A stretch of DNA of 64,000 nt from Antedon mediterranea (GCF_964355755.1 NC_092675.1:801812-865811), one strand, 5' to 3'. Shown: positions 39,201 to 48,617, counted from the stretch's first letter. Notes: generated by a model not told the origin, from the letters alone. Numbers and translations: made by a program.

Positions 39201-39945
39201 CTTGATGTCATAACTAGTGCTTTGGTACAGTATTGTTCAAACTTGATTGGAAACTCTCGAACAGAAGGTGTAACGGGCTACTCCTTCAAAAAGATCCTCT
39301 CTTTTATTTTTTAAGTGTAGACTTGCCCCAAGTCTGTGTATTCATTGTCTTTTTTTTAATTTATTTGTTTTTGTAAACAATGATGTTTATTGTTTAAAAT
39401 GGGAAGTAGTGGTACTTTGGATTTTTGGATCTTTCTAACTAATAGGATAGGCCAATACCATTTTTATTCCTCCTCAAAATTAAATTGAAATATGGCACCA
39501 TTCACAATGGATGGATGCAGAAGATTGGGCCGTTGGGCCACAAATTTGTTGAGATCCATTAATTAATTGAGATTAGTTAATCCAACCAGTGTATAGCCTA
39601 TATTACCTTCTGAGCATTGAAATTCGATAACATCATTTGTTATCGTGTTTCCCAATTCCACTTGCTGAAAAAAATAGTAGAAGAATACTTTATAAATAAG
39701 TAATCAAAACACAGATGGAAACAATGACACAATCATCTGAAGGGGTAGAGAGAGGTGAAGGTGAGTGTCAAATGACTCTCCACATCCACATTTCTTTGGA
39801 AATATATACTGCCACACACATAATTGTCGATGAAAAAAAAGTAAAATAAACTTACACAATCTACCTGACCAGCGTTCAAGATCAATACTATACAGTTTAT
39901 GAATAAGAGGTCCTTTACAAAGGATGACATTCTAGACATACACAT
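1..39945 (-). CDS. Giant multi-exon extracellular/cell-surface protein, Uninflatable/SVEP1-like; 3' end lies outside the window
   Basis: About 50 exons with ag/gt boundaries read by hand, mostly phase 1, giving the order SP-CLECT-LDLa-CUBx3-sushi/EGF-HYR-Ephrin_rec_like-EGF array-pentraxin/LamG-HYR-Ephrin_rec_like. This matches the known Uninflatable architecture except that no FA58C domain was seen. One exon has a 2-bp frameshift (see findings). Confidence 0.85.
970..1043 (-). repeat. Three 27-bp tandem copies spanning a splice acceptor
   Basis: gacagagaacttgaata starts at 970, 997 and 1024. On the - strand each copy reads ttcaag|TTCTCTGT. Confidence 0.9.
1983..2338 (+). mobile_element. 5S rRNA-derived SINE (SINE3-type)
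   Basis: 1983-2097 matches animal 5S rRNA (tacggc..taccacgttgaa..caccggttctcgtc.gatcacc.aagttaagcaacg...tggatgggagacc..ctgggaata..ggtgctgta), with the A box and C box retained. No oligo-T terminator follows. A GC-richer body of about 215 bp then ends in AATAAA and poly(A). Confidence 0.8.
3674..4564 (-). CDS. Giant gene: pentraxin/laminin-G domain (3 exons)
   Basis: Exons 4405-4564 (FTLEFWVR), 4131-4310 ([14 protein letters not shown]...MYLDGE) and 3674-3963 (IILGQD...[11 protein letters not shown]...GDLIQW). Confidence 0.85.
4856..8538 (-). CDS. Giant gene: Notch-like EGF repeat array (8 exons)
   Basis: Exons 8448-8538, 7927-8150, 7557-7694, 7061-7264, 6363-6496, 5919-6112, 5531-5655 and 4856-5108. 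Repeated DIDEC..PC.N.GTC.D...Y.C.C..GY.G..C motifs. The last exon is frameshifted. Confidence 0.9.
5742..5862. mobile_element. Short MITE (copy 1 of 3)
   Basis: Degenerate TIR gctct.tctacactatcaaact ... agtttgatagagtagac. Related copies lie at about 23760-23887 and 31600-31737. Confidence 0.6.
8719..13533 (-). CDS. Giant gene: HYR, sushi-like, linker and three Ephrin_rec_like (TKE) exons
   Basis: HYR exon 13273-13533 (DKEPP...VSDND...[15 protein letters not shown]), then 12651-12872, 11331-11557 and 10503-10746. TKE exons 10033-10188, 9442-9600 and 8719-8880 (CxxCPxGTY motifs). Confidence 0.85.
9088..9308. repeat. 74-bp tandem repeat, 3 copies
   Basis: atgcattagtgtatatgtgcatg...gagtgcctctcac.cctgacgactatca starts at 9088, 9162 and 9236. 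Confidence 0.9.
11830..12545 (-). mobile_element. 5'-truncated non-LTR retrotransposon 3' fragment (CR1/L2-group)
   Basis: ORF 12164-12430 contains HNYNTR...[11 protein letters not shown], the same C-terminal motif as the RT ORF at 45608. A T-rich 3' UTR follows. Confidence 0.7.
13088..13124 (+). ncRNA. Minimal hammerhead ribozyme motif of Penelope-like element type
   Basis: GCA-CTGATGA-A-GGGC(TAGTGTT)GCCC-GAAA-GC-TC-TGC: intact CUGAUGA/GAAA/UH core, 4-bp stem II, short palindromic stem III and 3-bp stem I. Confidence 0.7.
13652..13955. mobile_element. TTAA-flanked MITE (Kolobok/T2-type), copy A
   Basis: TTAA|AGATGTATTGTCCC ... GGGACAATATATCT|TTAA: terminal inverted repeats with AG..CT ends and a TTAA target duplication. 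Confidence 0.8.
14709..15596 (+). CDS. Intronless rhodopsin-class 7TM GPCR (copy 1, 295 aa), nested antisense in the giant gene's intron
   Basis: Seven hydrophobic segments; TM1 N, TM2 D, DRY, TM4 W, CWTP and NPIIY. In-frame TAA at 14703-14705 just upstream. TATAAAA near 14626 and AATAAA at 15788. Confidence 0.95.
   Translation: MTATVNLLYSIIGSLGLSTNGFAIFILLRLKNRFNSPNILILNQCIIDCMASLFSICQFVDVSLGDSLWKSKIKAWLYCCLWFNHYIFWSCIFASTANLAVLTMDRYCSVIYPLKYSAKKNNKWIKVALMLFPWICGPLAVSYWIMVHRVGDRECIVEWSNINAQRASGVFTFLYMEIAPVTLMAFVYYKIFQSLKSRVGESSAIGNANSAARRLNVIKTMALVSIIYAICWTPNQIVFFYYLLGGDLDLDGIMYYGTIALSLLNSVVNPIIYTFKYKDFQEGLRKTLSCLFNRS
15993..16226. mobile_element. TTAA-flanked MITE (Kolobok/T2-type), copy B
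   Basis: TTAA|AGATGTATTGTCACC ... GGTGTCAATATATCT|TTAA. Internal sequence is colinear with copy A and in the same orientation. Confidence 0.8.
17583..17705. repeat. Near-perfect inverted repeat (54/53-bp arms, 16-nt loop)
   Basis: Left arm gatattaaata...ccagttgacaagtactta (17583-17636) is the reverse complement of 17653-17705 apart from one indel. Confidence 0.9.
17847..18065. repeat. 20-bp minisatellite, about 11 copies
   Basis: Unit aatatcgatagtcttatct(a/t). Confidence 0.95.
19023..19904 (+). CDS. Intronless rhodopsin-class GPCR (copy 2, 293 aa)
   Basis: DRY, CWTP, NPIIY and seven TM segments. Paralog of 14709-15596. In-frame TGA at 19011-19013 upstream. Confidence 0.95.
   Translation: MASTSTLLYSIFGSLGLFTNGFAIFILLRLQNRFNSPNLLIFNQCVVDFLTSFFSIIQFVDKFNNPLPESPVLAAIVCSKYFFWSCIFTSTGNLVVLTIDRYCAVIHSLKYNHVKNYKWVKCAALVTPWICGFTFILYWVAIHRVVDGVCFQKWPSVQFQKLFGFLNFFYIELAPLAIMLFVYVRIFNSLKTRVGENSTTRNEHGNTARRMNIIKTMLIVGVIYMICWTPNQIAFLNFTFGGQFDFNGIFYYVVVVLSLFNSCVNPIIYTFKYKDFQEGLKKTLVCLLPRDTT
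20525..21327 (-). mobile_element. DINE-1/Tsp/Helentron-like non-autonomous element with (GTCY)n microsatellites
   Basis: The - strand begins tttttagtcacgtggaagcgact (short stem-loop) and ends ...ccttgtt. Two direct copies of gcatagtgataccggaccga(caga/ccga)n catagtgaactata (20562-20647, 21213-21302) bracket a CpG-rich core. Confidence 0.6.
22832..23710 (+). CDS. Intronless rhodopsin-class GPCR (copy 3, 292 aa)
   Basis: DRY, CWTP and NPIIY. Closest to copy 2, with many silent third-position differences. In-frame TAG at 22823-22825 upstream. Confidence 0.95.
   Translation: MAAINAVLYSVFGCLGLFTNGFAIFILLRLQNRFNSPIILILNHCVVDFLTSFFSIIQFVDIFTTPLPESPALAIIVCSKYFFWSCIFTSSGNLLVITIDRYCSVIYPLKYNKVKNYKTVKGAALVIPWICGFTFMLYWLLIHKIEDGVCIQKWPSVQYQKLFGFLNFLYIELIPLIIMLFVYIRIFISLKTRVGETSTARNEANTARRMNIIKTMMIASITYMVCWTPGQTSYLYFTFGGYLDFDGVPYYIVVVFTLLNSCVNPIIYTFKYKDFQKGLKETFSFLQQRTEN
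23760..23887. mobile_element. Short MITE (copy 2, same family as 5742-5862)
   Basis: Shared core ggacatgatgatgtc.tatcactacca and terminus agtttgatagt.....cagagc. Confidence 0.55.
25150..27403 (-). CDS. Giant gene: EGF exons, Ser/Thr/Pro-rich mucin-like exons and furin-site micro-exon
   Basis: EGF exons 27278-27403, 26697-26816 and 25848-25970. S/T/P-rich exons 26380-26559 and 26179-26265. 57-nt exon 25499-25555 ([12 protein letters not shown]). Exon 25150-25302 precedes the large intron. Confidence 0.8.
27771..32462 (-). CDS. Giant gene: sushi (CCP) and calcium-binding EGF exons plus one Gly/Trp-rich exon
   Basis: Sushi exons 32271-32462, 31755-31931, 31169-31351, 30688-30870, 29355-29591, 28780-28971, 28420-28599 and 27771-27968. 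EGF_CA exons 30402-30533 and 29742-29936. Gly/Trp exon 28092-28331. Lengths are multiples of 3, phase 1. Confidence 0.9.
31600..31737. mobile_element. Short MITE (copy 3, same family)
   Basis: gtgtgatgtgctcaaatatggta...catcatcatgtc...agtttga...gtagacagagc. Confidence 0.55.
32878..36865 (-). CDS. Giant gene: three CUB domains (6 exons)
   Basis: Exons 36735-36865, 35220-35406, 34535-34806, 33620-33827, 33266-33447 and 32878-33046. Motifs CG...SPGYP..YP...[11 protein letters not shown] and GF. Confidence 0.9.
37418..37519 (-). CDS. Giant gene: LDL-receptor class A repeat exon
   Basis: Translates as [32 protein letters not shown], with the typical CDG..DC.D..DE motif and ag/gt boundaries. Confidence 0.9.
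37965..39945 (-). CDS. Giant gene: signal-peptide exon and C-type lectin domain exons
   Basis: Exons 39865-39945 ([27 protein letters not shown]; ATG options at 39945, 39939, 39930), 39607-39664, 38932-39013 ([27 protein letters not shown]), 38641-38747 (GAHIVII...IWVG) and 37965-38168 (WSDG...CAEM...[15 protein letters not shown]). Phases are consistent. Confidence 0.85.
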
Positions 39946-41380
39946 TCGTATCTGCTTAGACAAAGAATCTGGTATTAAGCCACAAACTGCCTTGTATTAT
40001 TACTTCATTAAATTCCGATTTTTAATGAAGTCTTCTGGAAAATGTGATATTTTTTCCCTGTTGTGAACACACACTGGATGTGGTATGCATAGTGGCCTAT
40101 AGGCTAAAGACACAAAACAGCGAATTTAGGCCCTATTATTAATATTTGTTTACCGAAATCCAAAGAAAAATTAGCCAAACAAGTATTATTGTCACTGTAT
40201 TGAAGATTTAACCAATCAGTAACAAGCAAATATTTATTGTATAACAACGTTTAAACATATAGTCCACTTAACGTAGGCGGCAGGACCAAATTGTCTTTCT
40301 TTCTTTCTTGTGTCATGTAGGCCTACTTATTGAAGTTCAATGAGATGATTGTTCCATTCCTAACATTTTGATTGATTTTGATGTCTGTATTTTTAAATAT
40401 TTTGGTTTTTTTTCTTTTTCACTGGTGTAATTTTGTTATTCATTGTAAAGGTTATACGTGTGTGCAGAGAAACAGTAAAACTGAAAACATGTCAGCTAAG
40501 ATTTAGAATTGGAACCACACACAACAACATAAATTGAATAAAACAATACAAAAAGGATCATAATAGTCGACATCTTTAAAAAATCGTGATATAAAAATAT
40601 AACAGTGTTATAAACTGAATTAGGATTGCAGATACAACAGGCCCCGACATGCATTAAGAAGTACACTTTATTTGAAAGTTAGGTCTGTGGTAAACCATGT
40701 CTTGTCAGAAGAAAATAATGATTGAGTTATTGTTGTATATATTGTTAAAACTGTATACAATATTTAAACAAAGACATCCCTTTTTTTAATAGTCCAATTT
40801 GTGTATACGAAATAGGCCTACTGTTGTAGATACGTTATATAACGTTATCCATAATAATAATAATAATATTATGTATATTATACATTATACCATGATTTTG
40901 ATGAATTACAGCGATACATCAGCTGGTACCATCACAAACTGGGTAAATAAATAGTAAAAAATGAACATGCAAATAAAATGATGAATATTATGTATGTATA
41001 AAATCGCAGCATTGATGTTACGTAAGGTTGATATCGATGAAATACCTAGTTAGTGCCTGGAAAAAGAAATCTACAAAAAAGTTCATGAACAAGCAAACAA
41101 AAGGTAAAACAATCTTTATAATATAATACATCATTAATTTAAATCTACTGGCGATTGTATTGAATTCGATTGCAAGTTTATCGATAAAAGACGCTCTATT
41201 ACAACCTAATGATCGTAATGCCGATTATATAAGTCGGTGAATTAAGTCATTATTATTCACCAACTATGCCACCAACCCGCATTAAATACCAAGTATGCAT
41301 TGTAATTAATTAGTTTATCAGGTATTCTTCATTGTAAGGTGTGAGACAACAAGGGAAGAACGATAATAATCAGTGAAATC

Positions 41381-43621
41381 ATGAGGAATTTGGGATTTGC
41401 CGATGTATTTTGTTTGTCTGTATTAATGGTGTACGTTTCCGTTGGCACAGCCAGATGCGCTTCCGCTTGTAAGTATTGCAGTTTATTTCTAGAAGAGAGA
41501 CTACCATTTAAATCATTATAAACATTATAAATGACGTCTGTATAGAGTACATGTACATATAGCTATTGATTGATTGTTGTAGTTGTTTATATAGCGTTTA
41601 ACCGTTGTTTAGTCTTATAATATTTTTGAGCTTGTCAACAAAACGAATTTCCCATGTGAAGCAATACAGAGAGTTAAATAAAAATATGTTTATTGTTATA
41701 TTTTTGCAGATCGTAACCCGCTGAAGGTGAGTAAAATTGTTAATGTTATAGAGAATTGCTTGTTTTTTTTCAACGTTAGCTATTGTGCCTTGGCACAGTT
41801 AACTAATCGTCACTGTGATGAATTTGGATGATTCGTAAATTGTGATATTAACAAGATTATAATACGAGGTTTCGTTGGTCCTTTAAAATATCATTATGAA
41901 TACCAACATAAAATGTTATAGTTTCAATAAATTCAGAACAGGAAACACCTAGTTGTTTTAAAGTTCAACGTTAATTGAACACAAGATATAATTCTTAAAT
42001 TTAGTGATTGTTTTTATAATCAGTACACTCAACATATGTAGGCCTATGATATGTAGAGTCATTTTGTTGCAATTTTTTGAAAAAATAACAGTGCAGTTTG
42101 TTGAATAATGGTGATAAACTGTGCAACAATCATGAGTTAGGCTTTTGTCTTTCATCTTTTGTCGCTACCATAATATGAGAGATATAATTACCATAACGTT
42201 AACATTAACTCTACTTAATAAATACTGCAAGAAAGCAGTCTACTTTAATTTACATGTTTAGTGTAAGACATTATAAGACATACACTTTACAATATTCTTC
42301 TCTATGTTTAAGTCAAAATCAACACCTGTACTGTACGCCAGTTGTGAAGTACGGCCAAATGCAGCATTGGATCTCGAACTAGCTGAAACAAATGACGTAA
42401 ATGGACGTATTTTCCTGACACACGAGGTAGGTAGATATATTCTCACATGATCCCTGTCTTATCAACGTCGATTTGTTAATATAAAATAGGTAGATTGTAC
42501 ACTATTCCTTTCAGTCATCCTGTGACGTTCCAAACAAAGTCACCGGTTCAAACGAAATATGTTAAACATAATATTATTCATTTTGTATTCAAAGTTGGGT
42601 AAAGACATTGAAATCCAAGTGGAACTTGAAGGGTTAGATCCCACAGGATCTCTGCTTCACGGTTTCCATGTGCACGAGTATGGCGATTTAAGCGATGGGT
42701 GTGACTCAACAGGTTCACATTTTAATCCTTTTGAACAGGATCACGGAGGACCAGACGATATTATTCGGTTTGTTTTTTAAATCCTTATTTACAGAACTGA
42801 TTTGATTCTCTCATTGCTCCTTTGAAAACAATGGTATATTATTACTATACTATTATTATTAGGCATATTGTTTTAAATTGATTTAAACAATATACTGGTA
42901 ATTGCGTTTAAAAGACTTCTTTTCACTGGATAACGTAATACAGAAATCGCATAAACTTAAGTAGCGCTTTCTCAGGAGCAGTTTTGTGGCGTGTAAGTTC
43001 TTTTTTAATTTTACTCATAACATCGTTATTGTTTGCTTTCAGACATGTTGGTGATTTAGGTAACATTGAACGCGACGCATATGGTCGGGTTTCTACCACT
43101 ATAACTGATGATCTGGTGTCTCTTTGGGGGATGAACTCAGTTTATGGAAGAGCTTTCGTGGTACGCCCTATATTTTAATAACATCAATGTTACATTCAAC
43201 TATTAAACACAGCTGTCAATAAAATTAAGCGGATTTGTGCTATATTAGGCCTACATGATGTGTAATTCATAATAAATAAGATTATTTCTTCGCTTTACAA
43301 CATTCGTCATCTTTATGTCAAATCCTCTCCTCCAAGAGTTACACATGGCATTGAAATTAGTTCTATTGTAAACCAGTCTGTAAATGACCATGAATCACGT
43401 TTGACGAACTGGAAATCGAATCAAATTGTCAAATTATTCGTTCACAGTTTAGTTTACTAAGATAATTAGGCCTATATAACAATACTGTTTGTTACTTGTA
43501 GATCCATGCCGACGAAGACGATCTTGGAGATGGCGGGTACGATGATAGCCTGACGACAGGACATGCCGGTTCTAGGCTTGCCTGCTGTGTCATTGGTCGT
43601 GCAACAACTGACGATGAATGA
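41381..43621 (+). CDS. SOD3: Secreted (extracellular) Cu/Zn superoxide dismutase, 6 exons
   Basis: Exons 41381-41468 (signal peptide [24 protein letters not shown]), 41710-41726 (17-nt micro-exon), 42313-42426 ([16 protein letters not shown]3-like), 42595-42767 (HGFHVH, GSHFNP, HGGP), 43043-43160 (RHVGDLGN) and 43502-43621 (IHADEDDLG...[13 protein letters not shown]). All Cu/Zn ligands and the catalytic Arg are present. Confidence 0.93.
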
Positions 43622-44262
43622 ACAGTTTGGTATGCCGTGCGTTGTTATGCAAATGAGTTTGTGCAGGTGTAGTGAAGATGGTATTGTTAGTCATTCGCGG
43701 TCAACACGCCACACTGTTAAATGTTTTTAATCTTTATTAGAAATTCAATTCATGTAAAGACACAATTTTCTGGACGGGAACCTAGCTGCTTCCCTCTTTT
43801 AGTTTGCAAAATTACAATCTCGAATAGAAGTCCATCTGGAAAAGAAGCCCACCCAAAAGTGTACTAACAAATAAGGAGCACTTTTCGCATCTTTTTTGGG
43901 GTTTTTAATGGATAAATGAATGCCATACAACTTTGTTTCTGATTTTTTTTTTTTAAAGCCCCTCTTGTTTAGGCACAGGCCTGATATTTTCAACCCTCTA
44001 AATATCTCTCCTTCAAAATAAAAGAAAAACAATATTTATTTTATATAAAAAAAAACATTTCTATATAGATGTTTCAACCCAATCTACTAGAACTGACAGC
44101 ACTCAAACCTGAGTTCCATTTTTTCGGCCAGGAACCTATGCAGCTCTATTTTTCAAAATTGTCTTTGCTCAGCACCAAGCATGGTGGGGTACTGAAGATT
44201 CTTATACATGTTGTTTGAAAAAATAATAGATGTCATTTCCGGAGACCTTGCAGCTCTATTTT

Positions 44263-44785
44263 AAACAGTTTTGTATGCCGTGCGTTGTTATGCAAATGAG
44301 TTTGCGCAGGTGTACTATGGGGAAGATGGTATTGTTAGTCATTCGCGGTCAACACGCCACACTGTTACATGTTGATGTTGTTAATCTTTTACATTAGAAG
44401 ATTGTTCAAACCATGTAAATAAAACATTTTCCGGCCGGGAACCTAGTAGCTCCCCTCTTTTAGTTTGCAAAAAGTAATCTCGAAAATAACTGCATGTGGA
44501 AAAGAAGCACACCCAAGAGTACTAAAAATGAAGGAGCACATGGGCTTCTTTTCGAGGTTTCATAGAAGTCTATTTAATGAAAAATAATGCCATGCAATTT
44601 TGTTTCTGATTTTAAAAAAGGTCCACTTGTTTAGGCCTGACATTTACAAACCTCAAAGTATCTCTCTTTCAAAATAAAAGAAAAACAATATTCATTTTGT
44701 TTATTTATTTCTTTGTTATTTAAACAAAAATACCCGTAGAGGTTCGAACCCAACCTACTAGAACTGGCAGCACCCAAAGCTGAGC
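44263..44785 (+). repeat. Tandem duplicate of the SOD 3' UTR/flank (43621-44110)
   Basis: Colinear near-identity from aacagttt.gtatgccgtgcgttgttatgcaaatgag through ctactagaactg.cagcac. Confidence 0.9.
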
Positions 44786-45607
44786 ATTATCCGTTAGGCC
44801 ACAAAGTAGTACTGTACATGACTAAACAGCTGATAATAGTCTATTTATACGTGTATTACGTAATTCATCATAAAAATCCCATTAACCTTGTTGGATTTAA
44901 AATTAAAATTGTAATGATAATAGTATAATCATGCAAGTACGAAGAAATAAATACTGGCAAATAAATTTTAATTTAAAAATCATGATAAGTTTTTTTGTTT
45001 CGTTTTCTTTCTGTTTTTATACTTGTACTATTATTGTTGCTCTTTTGGCGCTCCATAGAAACAAAAACATTGAGCATGGGGGAGCTCGAGGAGTTACATT
45101 GTCATTACAGTATACAAAGAAACACATCTGTAAAATCATCAATTTAAAGGATTTATTTATTTGTTATTATGTGTTTCTCCTTCTGAAAGTACTTATAAGT
45201 CCTAATTTTAAAGTGTGGTGTTCAGGATAAAGTTAGTCAACAAATTTGGAGTCAAAATACAAGAAAGGCAGGTGCGTAAGAAAAACATCCTCTGAAGCAA
45301 CACAATGGAGTAAATATATACCAACAAACAACCCGTCAAGTTTGTTTGTTGTAAAGAAAAAATATACATTTACTCAACGGGCGAAAATAATGTGAGTTTA
45401 TCTATGTTTTGCGGTAGTATTAAATTATATTTATGGTAATAAATGAAACCTACTGTGTTTAAAATTATGTATGGATAAACAAGTATTGTTTTTAAGCTGT
45501 AGTATATCTTAGTATTTGTAATCTTAGGTGTTGGGTCTTAGCTTTCGTGATCTTAGGTCTTAGGGGGTCTGAGCTTTCGTGGTCTGAGCTTTCGTGACAC
45601 CCCAAAA

Positions 45608-46988
45608 TTGCCCCATTATGGAATAAGAGGCGTGGTTCTTGATTGGTACCGAAGCTACCTTAGAGAAAGACAACAATTTGTACAAATTGGGAAGTGTCAG
45701 TCTGTAACCATAATAATAAAACAAGGCGTTCCACAAGGGTCAATCCTTGGACCCCTGCTGTTTTTGATTTTCATAAATGACATGTTTTCTGTAAGTAATG
45801 TCGTTGATTTAATAATGTTTGCAGATGATACGAATATGTTTTTACAACACAATGATATCGTCACTGCCTTTACAATAATGACAAATGAACTAAATAAAAT
45901 TGAGAAATGGTGTAAAACTAATAGATTAACTATTAATACAACCAAGACTACGTATATGTTATTTAGTGGAAAGAATACCAACATTGACACATCCCAATTT
46001 GTACTTTCAATAAATAGAGTTTCAATAGATAGAGTAGGCCTACCATATACTAAATTTCTCGGTGTCGTCATTGATGAGAAACTGAACTTTAGACACCATA
46101 CAAATGCAGTTTCTTGTAAAGCATCCTCAATAATTGGTGCCATGTGTCATATAAAAAAATTAGTATCTACTGAAGTGTTACTTACCATATACAAGACACT
46201 TATATTACCAGTGTTGACATATGGTATTATTGTATGGGGTGCGGGGAACAAAGACAATTTGGATCGCCTTCTATTGCTTCAGAAAAAAGCTCTTAGGATC
46301 ATTTGTAAGGTAGACTTTCATCATCCCTCTTCTCAGCTCTTTGTGAAAACGGGCACATTTAATATATTTGATTTGTATAAAAACAGTGTTTTAAATTTTA
46401 TGTTTAAATACCAAAAAGGACAACTTCCAAAATGTTTTAATTCTTTATTCAGTTTATTTGATAATTATCATACATATAACACTCGAAATAAAGACAATTA
46501 TTGTATAAAATTAAAATCAACTAATATGGGTCAGCAAAGTATAGCATATAGAGGACCTAAGCTATGGAATCAACTTATAAGAAATATAAGAGAGAGTGAA
46601 AATATATCAATATTTAAAAAACTATTACTAAATAAATGCATTAATAGTTATAAAGAAACAATATATCTATGCGAAAACAACATTTGTAAAATATGTCTAA
46701 CTTTAACTTAATTACTTACATTTTCGTATATATTCTGAGACTGATGTATATATATATGTTATATTATAGTACGTTGTATTTTCCTTCATTTATTTACTAC
46801 ATGAAAACATTTTTTGTAATATATTTGTAAATTTATATTTTAAGTTAGGGTGCCACAGATTAAAAGCTTTGCTTGCTTGTGGTTATCCTGTTTTTCACAC
46901 TTTATTGTACTTAATCCTTTATTTATATTTTTAAGAATGTTGTGTGAAAAATAAAAGAATCAATCAATCAATCAAAAAAAAAAAAAAA
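45608..46988 (+). mobile_element. 5'-truncated LINE (CR1/L2-group): RT domain, C-terminus, 3' UTR and tail
   Basis: Open 367-codon frame with GVPQGSILGPLLFLIFIND and FADDT reverse-transcriptase motifs. 3' stem-loop near 46848-46889, then AATAAA, (aatc)n and poly(A). Confidence 0.92.
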
Positions 46989-46995
46989 CCAAAAT

Positions 46996-47280
46996 GATCA
47001 GTCAGCTCAGTCGCCTGAGCGTCGTGTTCACAACACGTATGTCGTGGGTTCGATTCCCACGCTGGTCGGTGGGTTCGATTCCCACGCTGGTCGGTGGAAT
47101 AGAGTTAAAGGCAGGCGGCCACTGTGTTTGGGGTTCACAGAATTATACGTCCCCCTTTCCACCACACATCATGAGGCGACAACATCAATGCATCTGGTGA
47201 TGTGCTGGAAACGACCCCCAAAAGGCTGTGGCAGGGCCTTAGTGCTGAGGCAGGGAGAGCACATTTAACATCTTTTTTTT
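46996..47280 (+). mobile_element. tRNA-derived SINE with a duplicated T-arm/B-box
   Basis: Cloverleaf head 46996-47068 (acceptor stem gatcagt/gctggtc, A box cagctcagtcg, B box ggttcgattccc). The 25-nt T-arm is repeated at 47069-47093. A GC-rich body follows. Confidence 0.75.
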
Positions 47281-48515
47281 TAATTTAATTTTTTTTTTCA
47301 ACCTGTATTCGATCTCGTAAATGTTATGTTTGCCGCCCTCAATTAAAAAAATGAATTTTATATTTTCATCGCAGGTGTACGAAACGGTTTGGGTATGTCG
47401 TGCGTTGTTATTTAATGGTTGTGCAGGTGTAGTGTCAATTCGCGGTCAACACGCCACACTGTTAAATTTGGATTTTGTTCATCAACGTTGCTAGCTACAT
47501 TGGTAGCGAAAATGTCCCATTCATGCAAAATATTGTATTGTAAAATGTTATGAATAAACGTTTATGGTCGCATTGTCCCCAGAATAAATGAAAATATTAT
47601 TTTAAACAGATAGTTTGTCAACAATGGTTTTTGGATGGGGTTAATGGACAGTGAAATAAGAACAATTTGCAAAGATGCCGATTTCTAGACCAATTTTGAA
47701 GCTTTGACTAATTCCGCCGCCGGGCTAGGCCTTAGGCATATACGAAGTCGAGTTTTTAAAGTAGAAAACCCCACCTACAATTTTGAAGTCGCGTCTGGAT
47801 AGTTGACATTTTAACATTTAATATCATAATTATCATAGGTGATTATGTATAGTAATAAGTATAAGTAAAAGTGCAATTCTGGGCTCTATTTTCATTATTA
47901 GCTCTGCCTCAACCATGGTGGGCTAGTACTGGAGATTTAATATTTAATTTCATATTTCAATGAATAGGTGCACTTTCCGGGGAGACTAAATAAGTATTTA
48001 TCTTAGACAAACGCAAGTTATTAAAATCACTGATATGGCTTAAAACTATTTTTTTCTTTTGCATTACGGATGGAGTAACCGATATTGAACATATTGAAAT
48101 ACGTTAATAATAATAATAATAATAAGATTTATATAGCGCACATATCCACAAAAAGGCTCAAGGCGCTTGTGAAAAACCATGAAAAAACATATAAAAATAC
48201 ATTACCCCCATTCACGTTATGAATAAAAGTTTACGGTATGGCCGCACCATTCCAGAATTTATATGTTTTAAACAGATAGTTTGTCTCAGTTCTTGAATGG
48301 GGTTAATGTAATTTGTTTCTCTCCACAAACAAGAGTAACATGGCACTGGCATTAGTCTAAAGATAAATAATGGCACCATGTTTGAATGAACTGGAAATCG
48401 AATCAAAGTTTTCAAATTATTCGACCAGTTTTCTTACTAACAATAGAAACATGATAAATGTTGCTCTTTCACTTCCACCAAGATAATTCATAATTTTTGT
48501 TACTTTACTTTGTAG

Positions 48516-48617
48516 ATTCATGCTCGGTATGGTAGTCTGACGAGGCATGTAGCTACTAGACTTGCCTGCTGTGTTATTGGCCGTGCAACAAGTGACGATG
48601 ATGATGATCAAAACTGA
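48516..48617 (+). CDS. Duplicated SOD terminal exon: alternative last exon or relic of a tandem paralog
   Basis: Acceptor ttactttgtag, then open frame [33 protein letters not shown], with AATAAA at 48633-48638. The upstream intron (48340-48440) is homologous to SOD intron 5 (43345-43460). Confidence 0.65.
   Translation: MHARYGSLTRHVATRLACCVIGRATSDDDDDQN

Noticed and set aside
43619-43720. Selenocysteine read-through of the SOD TGA
   Set aside because: No canonical SECIS (AUGA, AA loop, GA) can be built downstream, and the TGA falls after the complete domain.
46996-47068. tRNA gene (CAC anticodon)
   Set aside because: D-loop GG is missing, the T-arm is duplicated and there is no terminator before a long body; SINE head.
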